IMG/VR virus record: IMGVR_UViG_2862421350_000002 | Span: 1-64,000 of that record | Reading direction: 5' to 3' (one strand) | DNA length: 64,000 nt | Source: a virus | Taxonomy: Duplodnaviria; Caudoviricetes | Made by a program: the position numbers and the translations under genes | Shown here: in pieces, positions 19,101 to 28,393 of the stretch | Layout of the letters: every line of letters begins with the position of its first letter | Numbering within the stretch: the stretch's first letter is position 1 | Notes under the pieces: generated by a model | Databases searched by the model: none | Told to the model about the DNA's origin: nothing | The model's input: only the letters and a program-made list of their open reading frames with translations

Positions 19101-19718
19101 GTCTGGCAGTGGGCATGGATCACCGACAACCGCATCAACCCCGTTGCGTTCCGCGCCGTCGACCTCACCCGCGTCGTCGTCGCCCTTGACCCCGCGGGAG
19201 GCGACACCCCCGGGCACGACGAATCCGGGATCGTCGCCGCCGGCCGTTCCGCCGACGGCCACTACTACGTCCTCGCCGACCGCACCGGAAGCCATAGCGC
19301 CGAAGCCCGCGGCCGTGAAGCCTGCCTCCTCGCCCTTGAACTGCAAGCCGATGCCATCGCCGTCGAAACGAACTACGGCGGCGACATGGCCCGCCAGAAC
19401 GTCATCCAGGCCTGGAACGAGCTCGAGCGGAATGGGCGCACCAAGGGGCAGCCGATGCCCCGGGTGGTGGACGTCACCGCGAAGAAAGGCAAACGCCTAC
19501 GCGCCGAGCCCATTGCCCAGCTGTACGAGACGAACCTGGTGCACCACCTTGCCGAGTTCCCATCTCTCGAGACCCAGATGGTCACCTGGGTGCCCGGCAT
19601 GGACTCACCCGACCGGCTCGACGCACTCGTCCACGCACTCACCGAGCTCGCCAACCCGGCCGCAGCGTCCGTCGGAACCAGTACGTACAGCGACCACCGC
19701 CTGACCGGGCGCCGCTGA
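16092..19718 (+). CDS. terL: Terminase large subunit with two inteins (about 521 aa mature)
   Basis: PPRHGK/S, IDDPFK, TRWH, LYQQQP, LDPA, SPDRLDA. Confidence 0.95.
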   Translation: MATPTDELLEDALLHEYRELPVPERRRIAQAASPDIRLRLAWVERQMAMDRSPGALASVLTEGREKQAPHLDMIDDVFRRIAAGERMQVMITCPPRHGKALALETPIPTPKGWTTMGELKAGDEVFDELGKPCTVTWTSPTWYDRPCFDVVTDSGGHIVADYAHEWKASLDRRYPDRLYNTCDLARTRAKQAMIWTANALELPDQELPVPPYLLGAWLGDGRSDDGGITADPEDAKHLRTVIHELGYKTVQWSRPTVFGVVGLRSQLRSLGVLGNKHVPAQYLRGSIEQRRALLQGLVDTDGHVAKDGQVEFCSIKRGLAEAVQELVYSLGGKASLITGDATLNGRFISKKYRVMFYMEGAARLPRKAAKCRTGIRSNRHYVMAMRRSATATRCIEVDSPSHLFLAGRAMIPTHNSQRASRWGPLWYLRRNPTARVMLASYGAELADDHGRWVRDQLRLHGNTLGVRLDPASRAANRFDLETPRGSSVRGGMVTAGVGGSLTGKGFSLGVIDDPFKGSDDANSPAQRQRVWDWYRSVFYTRRAPGASIVLINCIVGSMRALGGDGRWKPISEIRPGDTVVSLADDQKTLVTAKVMGQRLSGEDATLNVATDRLSLRVNGRHPFAVLRSDKVRPDPLKDLHWVRAEDLEVGDLVITTKSLPDDYVASDVLPDGSPVDEERAWLLGYLLGDGWAGENRRANGRINYYVACAKGSSQKEWKQDLDDRLFAALDGWSPNKVYETKFGYWRTEWADGGRLLRQMGYGSGARGKRVPDCVWGWSPSLRRAFLFGYAEADGGLQYKGKKRDTAPVWRIGSVNKELLDDVRDLALTCGVRPTTVFVDRPRWQQPPGSPKPVLSTLCSIGLSFGPSHAEGRGSIRIGSPHPAPEHLRYERIRSITPGPALPVYDLAVEGTENFVAEGFVVHNTRWHEKDLSGQILDTEPENWTLIDLPALALSDTDPLGRQPGEALWPEQYDEEELARTKRAVGERVWWALYQQQPRPLEGGVWQWAWITDNRINPVAFRAVDLTRVVVALDPAGGDTPGHDESGIVAAGRSADGHYYVLADRTGSHSAEARGREACLLALELQADAIAVETNYGGDMARQNVIQAWNELERNGRTKGQPMPRVVDVTAKKGKRLRAEPIAQLYETNLVHHLAEFPSLETQMVTWVPGMDSPDRLDALVHALTELANPAAASVGTSTYSDHRLTGRR
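16389..17336 (+). mobile_element. Class 3 intein with LAGLIDADG endonuclease (316 aa)
   Basis: Ala1 (ALALETP), HEW, TRCIEVD, PTHN/S; LGAWLGDG and LQGLVDTDG. Confidence 0.9.
17748..18860 (+). mobile_element. Class 1 intein with LAGLIDADG endonuclease (371 aa)
   Basis: Cys1, HPF, VYDLAVEGTENF, VVHN/T; LGYLLGDG and FGYAEADG. Confidence 0.92.
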
Positions 19719-19790
19719 CCGGGGGCAGCACCAGAGCCCCGCGACCGTACGCTGATCACATGGCGCGGGGCCTGTCACAGAGGAGTTCTG

Positions 19791-21692
19791 GTGGGTCTCA
19801 GGCAGATCGCCATCCACGCATGGAGCTGGCTGAACTACAAGCCGGTGTACTCCGACGCGATGGGCATGCCCAACCGGCGGGCATTCCCCGAGGCCCAGGC
19901 CATGTGGGTGCCCGCCGAAGACGAGCGGCGCCTCGCCGCGTACAAGCTGCTGTCCGCGTACGACCACAACCAGGCCGCCGAGATCGCCGAGGTCGTCGAC
20001 GGGGCATCCGCCCGCGACCGGCGCGAGTTCGGCGATCCGTCAATGTTCATCGACACGCTCGTCGCGAACGTCCTGGGGCGTGACCAGAAGATTGTGGTCC
20101 CCGGCGCCGAGCAGACCGCGGCAGGGGAGGCTGACGCAGCGTCTGTCGCCATGGCGGAACGCGTCCAGGACCTGTTGCGGGACTGGGCCAAGGCTGAGCT
20201 GCTGCCCATGCGCCTCCAGCAGTGCGAACGCAAGACCGTTGCCCTCGGGGACGGTGTGTACCGCATGGCGTGGGACCCGGCGAAGCGCCGGCCGACGCTG
20301 CGGGTCACAGACCCCGGGTTCTACTTCCCCGTGATCGGGGAGGACGACGACGGCGGCGAGTACCCGCGGCGCGTCCACTTCGCATGGGAGCTGCCCGCCG
20401 ACCCCAAGCGGGGTCTCAAGGCCAGGTTGCGGCGCATCACGTACGAGCTGGACTGGATTCGGCCCCTCACCGTCGCAGGGGTCGACGAGACCGGCACGCG
20501 CGCCGTCCGAGCCCTGCCCCCGCCTCCCGACTCCGTCCCAAGCGACGCTGACGCCACCGAGCCCGTTGGCCCCGCCCTGACCCCTGGCGACATCATCGAG
20601 CCCGAGTCCGGGGCCATCGCCCGCCAGTACGCATGGAACGACGAGCCCTCCTACTTCACCTGCTACCTCACCGACGCCACCTGGATCATCGGCGACATCA
20701 AGGGCCCCGTCGACGTCGACTCCCTCCCCGCCGCCGGGGCCACCTACGCAACCCGGTCCGACGGAGAAGTCCTCGACCACCTCGACCTCCTTATCGACTT
20801 CATCCCGGTCGTTCATGTCCCCAACACGGTGCCGCCGGCCGAAGAGCACTGGGGGCAGTCGTCCCTCGCGAAGGCGTTGCAGGTCTTCGACGAGCTGGCC
20901 GGCTCCGACACCGACTCCGCCCGCGCGTCCGCAACCACCGGGCTGCCGATGCTCGCCGTGTCCGGCGTCAGTGACCCCCGGCAGGAACTGGCCGCGGGCC
21001 CCGGCATGGTCTTCAAGCTGGGGGACAACGGGCGCCTCACCGCCGTCGACACCTCCAACGCCCTGGCCGAACTCCGCAACCACGTCGCCGACCTCAAGGA
21101 CCGGGCGTCAACGATCGTGCGCCTGCCTGCGGTGTCCCTGGGCACCCTCAGCCCGTCCGAGGTGCCGTCCGGGTTCGCCATGCAGATCAGCCTCGGCCCC
21201 CTCGACTCCCTCATCGGCAGCATGCGCCTGGCCCGCGAACACAAAGAAGCCCTCGTCCTCAAGTTCGCCCAACGCCTGTACATCGCAGGGCAGCACCCCG
21301 ACTGGGTGGGCGTCACACCGCAGGACGCCGAACTGGTCCGCGGCCCGTACACGCCGACCGACAAGGCCGCTGTCCTCGAGCAGGTCGCCAACGGGGTAGA
21401 GAAGGGTGTTCTGTCTCTCGAGACGGGGGTGCGGATGCTCACCGACGCCGGTTTCCCCATCGACGACGTCGAGAGGGAGATCGAGCAGATTCAGTCCCGT
21501 CAGTTCGAGCAGGCCCGGTTCCTCGCCGACGCCCTCGGCAACGCGGAAGAGGTCGCCGACTTCCTCGGACGGCAGGCCCCGGAACAGCAGGAGGCTCCCG
21601 CCCCCGTCCTTCCCCCAGTCGGCAACGAGGGAGAAGAGGACGACGAAGACCCCCTGACCCAGGGGCAGCAGGGGAGCGGGGGCAACGAATGA
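19791..21692 (+). CDS. Portal protein
   Basis: Follows terL; LGDGV, FIPVVHVPN..WGQS, PSGFAM. Confidence 0.85.
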   Translation: MGLRQIAIHAWSWLNYKPVYSDAMGMPNRRAFPEAQAMWVPAEDERRLAAYKLLSAYDHNQAAEIAEVVDGASARDRREFGDPSMFIDTLVANVLGRDQKIVVPGAEQTAAGEADAASVAMAERVQDLLRDWAKAELLPMRLQQCERKTVALGDGVYRMAWDPAKRRPTLRVTDPGFYFPVIGEDDDGGEYPRRVHFAWELPADPKRGLKARLRRITYELDWIRPLTVAGVDETGTRAVRALPPPPDSVPSDADATEPVGPALTPGDIIEPESGAIARQYAWNDEPSYFTCYLTDATWIIGDIKGPVDVDSLPAAGATYATRSDGEVLDHLDLLIDFIPVVHVPNTVPPAEEHWGQSSLAKALQVFDELAGSDTDSARASATTGLPMLAVSGVSDPRQELAAGPGMVFKLGDNGRLTAVDTSNALAELRNHVADLKDRASTIVRLPAVSLGTLSPSEVPSGFAMQISLGPLDSLIGSMRLAREHKEALVLKFAQRLYIAGQHPDWVGVTPQDAELVRGPYTPTDKAAVLEQVANGVEKGVLSLETGVRMLTDAGFPIDDVEREIEQIQSRQFEQARFLADALGNAEEVADFLGRQAPEQQEAPAPVLPPVGNEGEEDDEDPLTQGQQGSGGNE

Positions 21693-21757
21693 CGCAACCC
21701 GTGCTTTCCTTGGATCAAGGCGCGGGGCCTGGAACAAGTTTGGGAGGACTTGCGCTT

Positions 21758-22501
21758 ATGCGTCGCCCCACGCAGCACCACCGCATCCCCACCACCCAGC
21801 CGGCGTGGATGCACCCCTACACCGGCGTGACCGCCCTCGGCGTGTTCTACAACGACGGCGGCACCCCCCCGGCCGGAGACTCGAACCCCCAGGACCCCCC
21901 GAAGCCCAGCCCGCCCGCCACACCCCGCACCTTCACCCAGGACGAACTCACCGCGCTCGCCGCGAAGGAGAAAGCCCAGGGGGAACGCGCCGGCGCGAGG
22001 GCCGCCCTCGAGAAGGTTGCCGCCGACCTCGGGTTCACGAACCTTGAGGACGCGAAGGCGTTCATCGAGGAAGGCCGCAGGGCCAAGGAAGCCCAGCTCA
22101 CCGAGCAGGAGAAGCGGGAACGTGAACTCGCCGACCGCGAGGCCCGCGCTGACGCCCGCGAGAAGGCCGCCGCCGACCGGGAACGGGCCGCGACCCGTCG
22201 GGCCATCCTCGTCGGGCTCGGTGCGACCGGTGTAGACCTCGAGGACGCTGTCGCCCTTCTCCGTGTCCCCGACGACGCCGACGACACCGCGATCACCGAG
22301 GCTGCCGAAGCGCTCAAGGGGCGCCGCGGTGAGCTCTTCGGAGTCGCCCGCCCCAGTGACCCGGCGGCCGTCTCGGGGCTCCCCCCGGCCCCCGGCGGTG
22401 CACCCGCCGGAGGACCCCCCGCACGCCAGACCCCCACCGGTAAGCCCGGCGACCGAGGGCGCGAAATGGCCCGCCTGCGCGGCCACAAGCCCGCCGCATA
22501 A
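21758..22501 (+). CDS. Capsid scaffolding protein
   Basis: TFTQDEL motif, charged coiled coil, GGAGGA RBS. Confidence 0.8.
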   Translation: MRRPTQHHRIPTTQPAWMHPYTGVTALGVFYNDGGTPPAGDSNPQDPPKPSPPATPRTFTQDELTALAAKEKAQGERAGARAALEKVAADLGFTNLEDAKAFIEEGRRAKEAQLTEQEKRERELADREARADAREKAAADRERAATRRAILVGLGATGVDLEDAVALLRVPDDADDTAITEAAEALKGRRGELFGVARPSDPAAVSGLPPAPGGAPAGGPPARQTPTGKPGDRGREMARLRGHKPAA

Positions 22502-22611
22502 CCACAGACTTCCCGGCCACTGGTCGGGGTTGGGACCACGCCCTCTCCTCGTGGACGCACACCCCACGGGGTGCAGCTGTCACCGCACGCCGCTTTCACG
22601 AGGAGAAGGCA

Positions 22612-23037
22612 GTGAACGACTTCCAGCCCTCCTCCTACACGGACAGCGTCACAGCCGACCGGCCGTGGCTCGCGTCCCTGGTAGGAGTCCAGGACACCAA
22701 CACCATCACCCTCGACCTGAGCAAGTTCACCGCGGACACCCACTACGTGGTCTCCGCGAACCCGCTGCTCCAGGGTCGTACGGTCATGAAGTCCGGCATC
22801 CCTCTCGGGAAGATCACCGCGTCCGGGCTGTACGCCCCGTACGCGTCCGCTGCCGTGGACGGCAGCGAGGACCTCGCAGGGTTCCTGGTCTCCGAGATCA
22901 GCTTCAACCCCACCTCCGTGAAGGCTTCCGGTGCCCTTCTGTGGCACGGAGAAGTCTTCGCCGCAGAGCTCCCCGTCGCCCTCGACCCGGCCACCGTCAC
23001 CTCCGTGGCGCCCGGCGTCAACATCCACTACCGGTAG
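22612..23037 (+). CDS. Head decoration protein
   Basis: SGIPLGKITASGLYAPY..DG..LAGFL; upstream of the capsid gene. Confidence 0.8.
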   Translation: MNDFQPSSYTDSVTADRPWLASLVGVQDTNTITLDLSKFTADTHYVVSANPLLQGRTVMKSGIPLGKITASGLYAPYASAAVDGSEDLAGFLVSEISFNPTSVKASGALLWHGEVFAAELPVALDPATVTSVAPGVNIHYR

Positions 23038-23052
23038 AAGGAGGAGATCACT

Positions 23053-24105
23053 ATGGAGGCTCTTGAGCTCCTCCTGCAGGACACCAACGACACCGACCTG
23101 ACGGTGTTCGCCCGCTCCATCGACACCCCCGCGAACTACCGGCTCACCCAGGAAGTGCTGCCCGAGCGGCAGATCCAGGGCGTCCGGTTCAAGACGACGT
23201 CCGCGAAGCGGCGGGTCAACGCCGCGAAGTTCCGGGCGTACGACGCGCCGACGGCCATGGCGAAGCGCCAGGCCGAGCGAGTCGTGAACGAGGGCATGCT
23301 GCCCGCCCTGGGCCAGACCCTCGCCGTCTCCGAGATGGACCAGATCCTCCTCGACGTCGGCCACGGCCAGGACACCCAGCAGTACATCGACCTGCTGTAC
23401 TCCGACGTGGAGCGGCACGTCGAATCCATCAAGACGGCACAGGAACTCGCCGCCGGCCAGCTCCTGGCCACCGGTGCGGTCAACCTCCCCGGCCTGGGCC
23501 TGGACGTCGACTGGAACGTCCCGGCGCTGAACATGCCGACCGCGGCAGTCCTGTGGGACGACCCGGCCGCCACCCCCCTGTCCGACGAGCGGGCGTGGAT
23601 GGACTACCTCGTCGACAACGGCGCCCCCGCCCCGCGCGAGATCATCACCTCGCGTCGGGCTCGGGCACTCCTCGCGTCCAACGCCGAGTACCGGACCGCC
23701 TACTACGGCTCATCCACCGTGGGCGGAACCCCGACCGCGACGCTCGCACCGAACGAAGTCGACACGGTCCGAGCCCGCTACGGGCTCCCGCCGATCGTCA
23801 CGTACGACGTGCAGGTGTGGAACGACGACGTCTACCAGCGTGTCCTCCCGGACAACAAGTGGATCATGGTGCCGAACGTTCCGGCCTCCGAGTGGGCACA
23901 GACCCAGTACGGAGTCACCCGCGAAGCCGCCAAGTTCACGTCCGGCACCAACCCGGCGCTCGTCCGGGAAGAGGCCCCCGGCATCGTCGTCGTCTCCAAG
24001 GTCGACGACAACCCCGTCCAGATCTACACCCGCGGCGCTGCGATTGGCATGCCCGTTCTGTACGTCCCGGACATCCACATCTCCGCGACCGTCCTCGGGG
24101 CGTGA
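23053..24105 (+). CDS. Major capsid protein (lambda gpE-like)
   Basis: Position, 350 aa, strong RBS, FRAYDA and C-terminal MPVL motifs. Confidence 0.85.
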   Translation: MEALELLLQDTNDTDLTVFARSIDTPANYRLTQEVLPERQIQGVRFKTTSAKRRVNAAKFRAYDAPTAMAKRQAERVVNEGMLPALGQTLAVSEMDQILLDVGHGQDTQQYIDLLYSDVERHVESIKTAQELAAGQLLATGAVNLPGLGLDVDWNVPALNMPTAAVLWDDPAATPLSDERAWMDYLVDNGAPAPREIITSRRARALLASNAEYRTAYYGSSTVGGTPTATLAPNEVDTVRARYGLPPIVTYDVQVWNDDVYQRVLPDNKWIMVPNVPASEWAQTQYGVTREAAKFTSGTNPALVREEAPGIVVVSKVDDNPVQIYTRGAAIGMPVLYVPDIHISATVLGA

Positions 24106-24110
24106 CCGCC

Positions 24111-24404
24111 ATGGCCAAGCTCAGCAAGGCCGTGTACGTACGCGACCCGGAACGCCACCGAACCGTCGTCCTGCTCCCGGGCGAGGAACCCGCACCGCAC
24201 CTTGCGGCACTGGTCACCAACCCCGACTGCTGGGAAGACGGCAAGGCGCCGTCCGCCCAGGACGACGCCGACACCCCGCCCAAGGACGAAACGGCCGCCA
24301 AGGGCGACGACTCCGAGGACACCAAGCAGGCCGCCCGTAAGACGGCGGCCAAGAAGCCGGCCCGGGGCCGGACGGCCGCCGATGAGGGCACCGGCGGCCA
24401 GTAA
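24111..24404 (+). CDS. Small head-associated protein
   Basis: VTNPDCW motif, follows the capsid gene. Confidence 0.65.
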   Translation: MAKLSKAVYVRDPERHRTVVLLPGEEPAPHLAALVTNPDCWEDGKAPSAQDDADTPPKDETAAKGDDSEDTKQAARKTAAKKPARGRTAADEGTGGQ

Positions 24405-24489
24405 GCGGCGTGCGGGCCCGACCCCCTGGTGGGGCGCCAGGCCGGGCCCGCACCTGCACCCCTTCCCCCGCCCCTGACAGGAGGACCTG

Positions 24490-24819
24490 GTGGACACAGC
24501 CGTACAGGCCTGGCTGATCTCCCAGCTCGGCGCCGACACCGACCTCATAGACCTCACCGTCCGCTACACCCGCCTCGGCACCGCCCGTGCGGTGGCCCTC
24601 GAAGTGGTGCGCGAGCGCCTGGCCGCCCTGCTCGCCTCACCCGGCTCGGTGTCCGTGTCCGGGGTCGTCTCCGTCAACTTCGGCGCGAACATCACCGCGT
24701 ACGAGCGGCAGATCCTGTCCCTCGAATCCGGTGAACCGCCCGCACCCGACGATCCGGACGACGGCGACACCAGGGACAGGCTCGGCATCATGTACCTCAC
24801 CGAACGGCCCCGCCGATGA
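24490..24819 (+). CDS. Head-to-tail adaptor
   Basis: Size, position, AGGAGG RBS. Confidence 0.65.
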   Translation: MDTAVQAWLISQLGADTDLIDLTVRYTRLGTARAVALEVVRERLAALLASPGSVSVSGVVSVNFGANITAYERQILSLESGEPPAPDDPDDGDTRDRLGIMYLTERPRR

Positions 24820-25649
24820 GCACCCCCACCCGGCGCCGCACCCTGCGCGCCCGCCTTCTGGACTTCATCCGCGGTGGAGTCAGCCGCCTTACAAGCGCGT
24901 GGCGGATCCTCACCGACGCCCAGAACCGGCTCCTCACCGCCCTCGCCTCCATCCGGCCCGGGCGCGCCGCGGCCGCCCGCATCCGCGCCGCCGTCCTCAC
25001 CTTCCAGCAGGCCCTCGCCGCATTCAGCCGGGACACCGGGGCGTTCATCGAACGCTGGGCCGCCACCGACCTCCCCACCGCGTACCGCGACGGGTCCCTC
25101 GCCATGCTCGACCGGGCCGACCGCCCCCACCGCTCCTGGTCCTGGACCCGCCGGCACCAGAGCACCGTCACCACCCTGACCGCCCAGTATTACGCCGACC
25201 TCATGGGCCGCCTCCAGGAAGCCATCCGCCGGGGACAAGCCTTCCTCCGCGCCGCCCAGGACGCCGCCCGCGCGAGGGTCACCCAGTTTGACGCCGGGAG
25301 CTTCGACCCGGACGCTCTGCGCCAGCAGCACCCCCTCAACACCGTCATATACGTCAACGACGCCCGGCACCCCGTGGAGACGTGGGCGGGGGCCGCCTTG
25401 TCCTGGCAGGCCGTCACCACCGCCAACGCCGGGGCGGTCACCACGGCGTACGAGCAGCTCGGCTGCACCCGCGTCCAGGTCCGTGATGGGAACGGCTGTG
25501 GCTGGCAGAGCCACGACGACTCCGATCTTGCCGACGGCACCTACCGCAGCATCGACGACGCTCTCGCTCACCCCAGCGCGCACCCGAACTGCCAGCGCGA
25601 ATTCCTCCCGCACTTCGACCGCCCCAACGCCCTAGGAGCCCTCGCATGA
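24816..25649 (+). CDS. MuF-like minor head morphogenesis protein
   Basis: C-terminal HPNCQR motif. Confidence 0.7.
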   Translation: MSTPTRRRTLRARLLDFIRGGVSRLTSAWRILTDAQNRLLTALASIRPGRAAAARIRAAVLTFQQALAAFSRDTGAFIERWAATDLPTAYRDGSLAMLDRADRPHRSWSWTRRHQSTVTTLTAQYYADLMGRLQEAIRRGQAFLRAAQDAARARVTQFDAGSFDPDALRQQHPLNTVIYVNDARHPVETWAGAALSWQAVTTANAGAVTTAYEQLGCTRVQVRDGNGCGWQSHDDSDLADGTYRSIDDALAHPSAHPNCQREFLPHFDRPNALGALA

Positions 25650-26017
25650 TCAGCCCTGAGAAGTTCCGCAAGAAGCCCGTCGAGATTGAGGCCGTACACC
25701 TCACCAACGGCGTCGCTCCCGACGAAGTCGCCTCTTGGTGCGGGGGCCGAGTGGCCGCCCATCCTGAGCAGAACTACACCGGTGGAGCGATCGTCATCGA
25801 GATTGACACCCTCGAAGGCACCATGCGGGCCGAGCCCGGCGACTGGATCATCAAGGGAGTGGCAGGCGAGTTCTACCCCTGCAAGCCGGACATCTTCGAA
25901 GCCACCTATGAGGGGGCGGGCTCTACAGATGTCAGCTCGGATGCCGTTCGCTGCTGTGGTCGACCGCAGAACGGCATCTGCGTTCATGACGTCATCCAGC
26001 CTTCTCCGGGACGGTGA
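25646..26017 (+). CDS. Conserved phage protein
   Basis: KKPVEIEA..TLEG..GDWIIKGVAGEFYPCKPDIF. Confidence 0.8.
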   Translation: MISPEKFRKKPVEIEAVHLTNGVAPDEVASWCGGRVAAHPEQNYTGGAIVIEIDTLEGTMRAEPGDWIIKGVAGEFYPCKPDIFEATYEGAGSTDVSSDAVRCCGRPQNGICVHDVIQPSPGR

Positions 26018-26021
26018 GCGT

Positions 26022-26405
26022 ATGACCGCCCCGAGCATGGCCGATGAGCCCCGTCACGTCCGTATCACCGCCGACGGCGTCATGGGTTCCGTCGCAGTCG
26101 ACGGCACCGACATCAGCAAGTCCGTCCAGGGTTACAACCTGGAACACCGCGTCGGCTCCGCCCCGCTCCTCGTCCTCTACGCCGCACCGCAGACCGGCGT
26201 GCAGTTCGACGGCCTCGCGCACGTCGCGGTCGGCGACCAGCAGGACCCCGGCGACACCGTCGCAGCGTTCCTCGCCAACATCGACCCCGCCGCCCTGAGC
26301 CGCGCCGCCCTGAACCGCGACGATCTCGACGGCACCCCCCACGAACTCACCCGCGCCATGCTCCAGACCCTCGCCGACATGGCCCTCGGCAAGGCAGGCA
26401 CCTGA
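26022..26405 (+). CDS. Hypothetical phage protein
   Basis: Codon bias, TGATG overlap. Confidence 0.65.
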   Translation: MTAPSMADEPRHVRITADGVMGSVAVDGTDISKSVQGYNLEHRVGSAPLLVLYAAPQTGVQFDGLAHVAVGDQQDPGDTVAAFLANIDPAALSRAALNRDDLDGTPHELTRAMLQTLADMALGKAGT

Positions 26406-26863
26406 TGGCCGGACTCGACCAAGCGCTCGCCGGCGTCACCCGATGGATCGGCAACAACCTCCTCATCGACACCGTCCGCGTCACCCGACCCGGCAGCGGC
26501 GAACCCGTCCTGAACACCAACACAGGCCAACTGGAGTACCCCGAAGGCGACGTCCTGTACGAGGGGCCGGGTGGGGTTTTCCCGTCCAGCGGTACCACTG
26601 AGCGGGCCGCTGTACCCGACGCGAGCCAGCCGTGGACACAGCAGCAGAAGCTCGCCTACTTCCTCTTCACCCCGCTGCCCGCGCCACCCCCGCCCGAGAG
26701 CGCCATTGTGTCCGTCGTCGCCGTGCACGACCCGGCCCGGACCGCGCTCCTCGGGCGCACCTGGACGTGCGCCGGACCGGGAATGGCCAGCACTGTCGAG
26801 GTCGTCCGCAAAACACCGCTGGACCAGAACACCATCCCGGCCGGCGTGGATGGTGGCATGTGA
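26405..26863 (+). CDS. Head closure/stopper protein (DUF6093-like)
   Basis: DTVRVTRP..TG..LYEG; position. Confidence 0.7.
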   Translation: MAGLDQALAGVTRWIGNNLLIDTVRVTRPGSGEPVLNTNTGQLEYPEGDVLYEGPGGVFPSSGTTERAAVPDASQPWTQQQKLAYFLFTPLPAPPPPESAIVSVVAVHDPARTALLGRTWTCAGPGMASTVEVVRKTPLDQNTIPAGVDGGM

Positions 26864-27249
26864 CGCCCGATGAGATGGCCGACCGGCTCGACGCCGCCGC
26901 CGACAGCCTCGGCGACGCCATCGCCCGCCGCGTGGTGCACACCGCCGAACTCGGGCGCGGCATGATCCGTGCCAACGCCACCGGCCGCCCCGGCCCCAAC
27001 GTCATCACCGGCAAATACCGGTCCTCGTGGGAAGTCGTCGGCCGGGCCATCCCGCACGGAGCACAGTGCACCATCGGCACCAACGCCCCCCAGGGCCGCC
27101 GCCTGGAGTACGGCTTCTGGGACATGACCGACAGCATCGGCCGGCACTTCTACCAGCCGCCGTACCCCCACGTCGGGCCCGCCGTACCCCGCATGGAAGC
27201 CGTCCTGCGTGAACAGATGCTCGGCGCCGTTCAGGAGGTGCTGGGATGA
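26860..27249 (+). CDS. HK97 gp10-like neck protein
   Basis: TGKYRSSW..RLEYG..PYPHVGPA. Confidence 0.8.
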   Translation: MTPDEMADRLDAAADSLGDAIARRVVHTAELGRGMIRANATGRPGPNVITGKYRSSWEVVGRAIPHGAQCTIGTNAPQGRRLEYGFWDMTDSIGRHFYQPPYPHVGPAVPRMEAVLREQMLGAVQEVLG

Positions 27250-27695
27250 TCGACCGCCTTCCCGTCACCATGGCCCTGTCAGCGCTCCTCGCCTCCGCCA
27301 CCAGCCTGCCGGTCGGCCGGGGCAGCAAGCCGCCCAACATCCCACCCCCGTACTTCCTGCTGTACGCCATGCCCGCCGAACTGTCCGGTGCACCGCTGGC
27401 CGACGAACACGAGGACGCCTCGCTCGTCTACCAGGTGACCTCGGTGTCCGGACCGGACCCGTCGAAGCCAGACTCGCGGGGTGTCGCTGACCAGGCGGAG
27501 TGGATGGCCGACAAGGCGCGCAAGGCTTTCCTCGGGCGCGACCCGGCAACCGGATTGTGGCTGCGCACCCTCACCATCCCCGGCGTGAAAGTCACCGCCC
27601 GGTCCCTCGACGTTGAAGCGGGGGGAACGAATGATCCAGCCGATGCCATCATGAGTTACGTGCAGAGGTTCAGGTTCGACCTGACCCCCGCCTGA
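27246..27695 (+). CDS. Tail terminator
   Basis: Position before the major tail gene; PPYFLLY..YQVTSV. Confidence 0.7.
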   Translation: MIDRLPVTMALSALLASATSLPVGRGSKPPNIPPPYFLLYAMPAELSGAPLADEHEDASLVYQVTSVSGPDPSKPDSRGVADQAEWMADKARKAFLGRDPATGLWLRTLTIPGVKVTARSLDVEAGGTNDPADAIMSYVQRFRFDLTPA

Positions 27696-27825
27696 CATCT
27701 GATCAGGCGTTTCACCGCACCGCGGCGGCCCCTTCGCGGACGTGCCACTCGTGGCCGACTCCCACACCGCATCGCATTCAGGGGCCACACGCCAGCAGGC
27801 ACAGCCCCGGGACAAGGGGCCCACC

Positions 27826-28296
27826 ATGGCCAGGTTTAACCGCAAGGGCGTCACGAAGATTCTCTTCGCCGACACGATCGCCGACACCGGATACATGCCG
27901 ACGCTCGTCGAAGTCACCGGAGCCGAGGACTACACCAAGGCCATCGCCGCCGTCGACGGGTTCTCCATCGAGAACCAAGAGATCGACACCCCCGACATGG
28001 ACTCCACGTTCGTGGCGAAGATCCCCGGCGACGACAGCGCAGCCGACAGCTCCCTGACGTTTTACGAGGACGACACCACCGACGACATCGAAACCGCCCT
28101 CGCCAAGGGCACCACCGGCTTCATCATCATCTGCCGCAAGGGCAAGGCCGCCAGCACCGCAGGCATGGACGTCTATCCGGTACGCGTCGCGTCGAACTCC
28201 GCGACGATCACCGCCGACAACGAGGCCGCGAAGATCGCCGTCCGGTTTTCCATCACCGACCGGCCGCTGCTCAACGCCACCGTCCCGGCTGCCTGA
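27826..28296 (+). CDS. Major tail protein
   Basis: Position; IDTPD..KIPG..LTFYED. Confidence 0.8.
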   Translation: MARFNRKGVTKILFADTIADTGYMPTLVEVTGAEDYTKAIAAVDGFSIENQEIDTPDMDSTFVAKIPGDDSAADSSLTFYEDDTTDDIETALAKGTTGFIIICRKGKAASTAGMDVYPVRVASNSATITADNEAAKIAVRFSITDRPLLNATVPAA

Positions 28297-28393
28297 CCCC
28301 CTCTCAGCTCCCGGCCGGGCCCGACAGCGTTTCGGGAAGGGGCGCCCGTTGGCGCCCGGCCGGGTCCCCTTCCCCTGACGGAGGACCCTCCTC

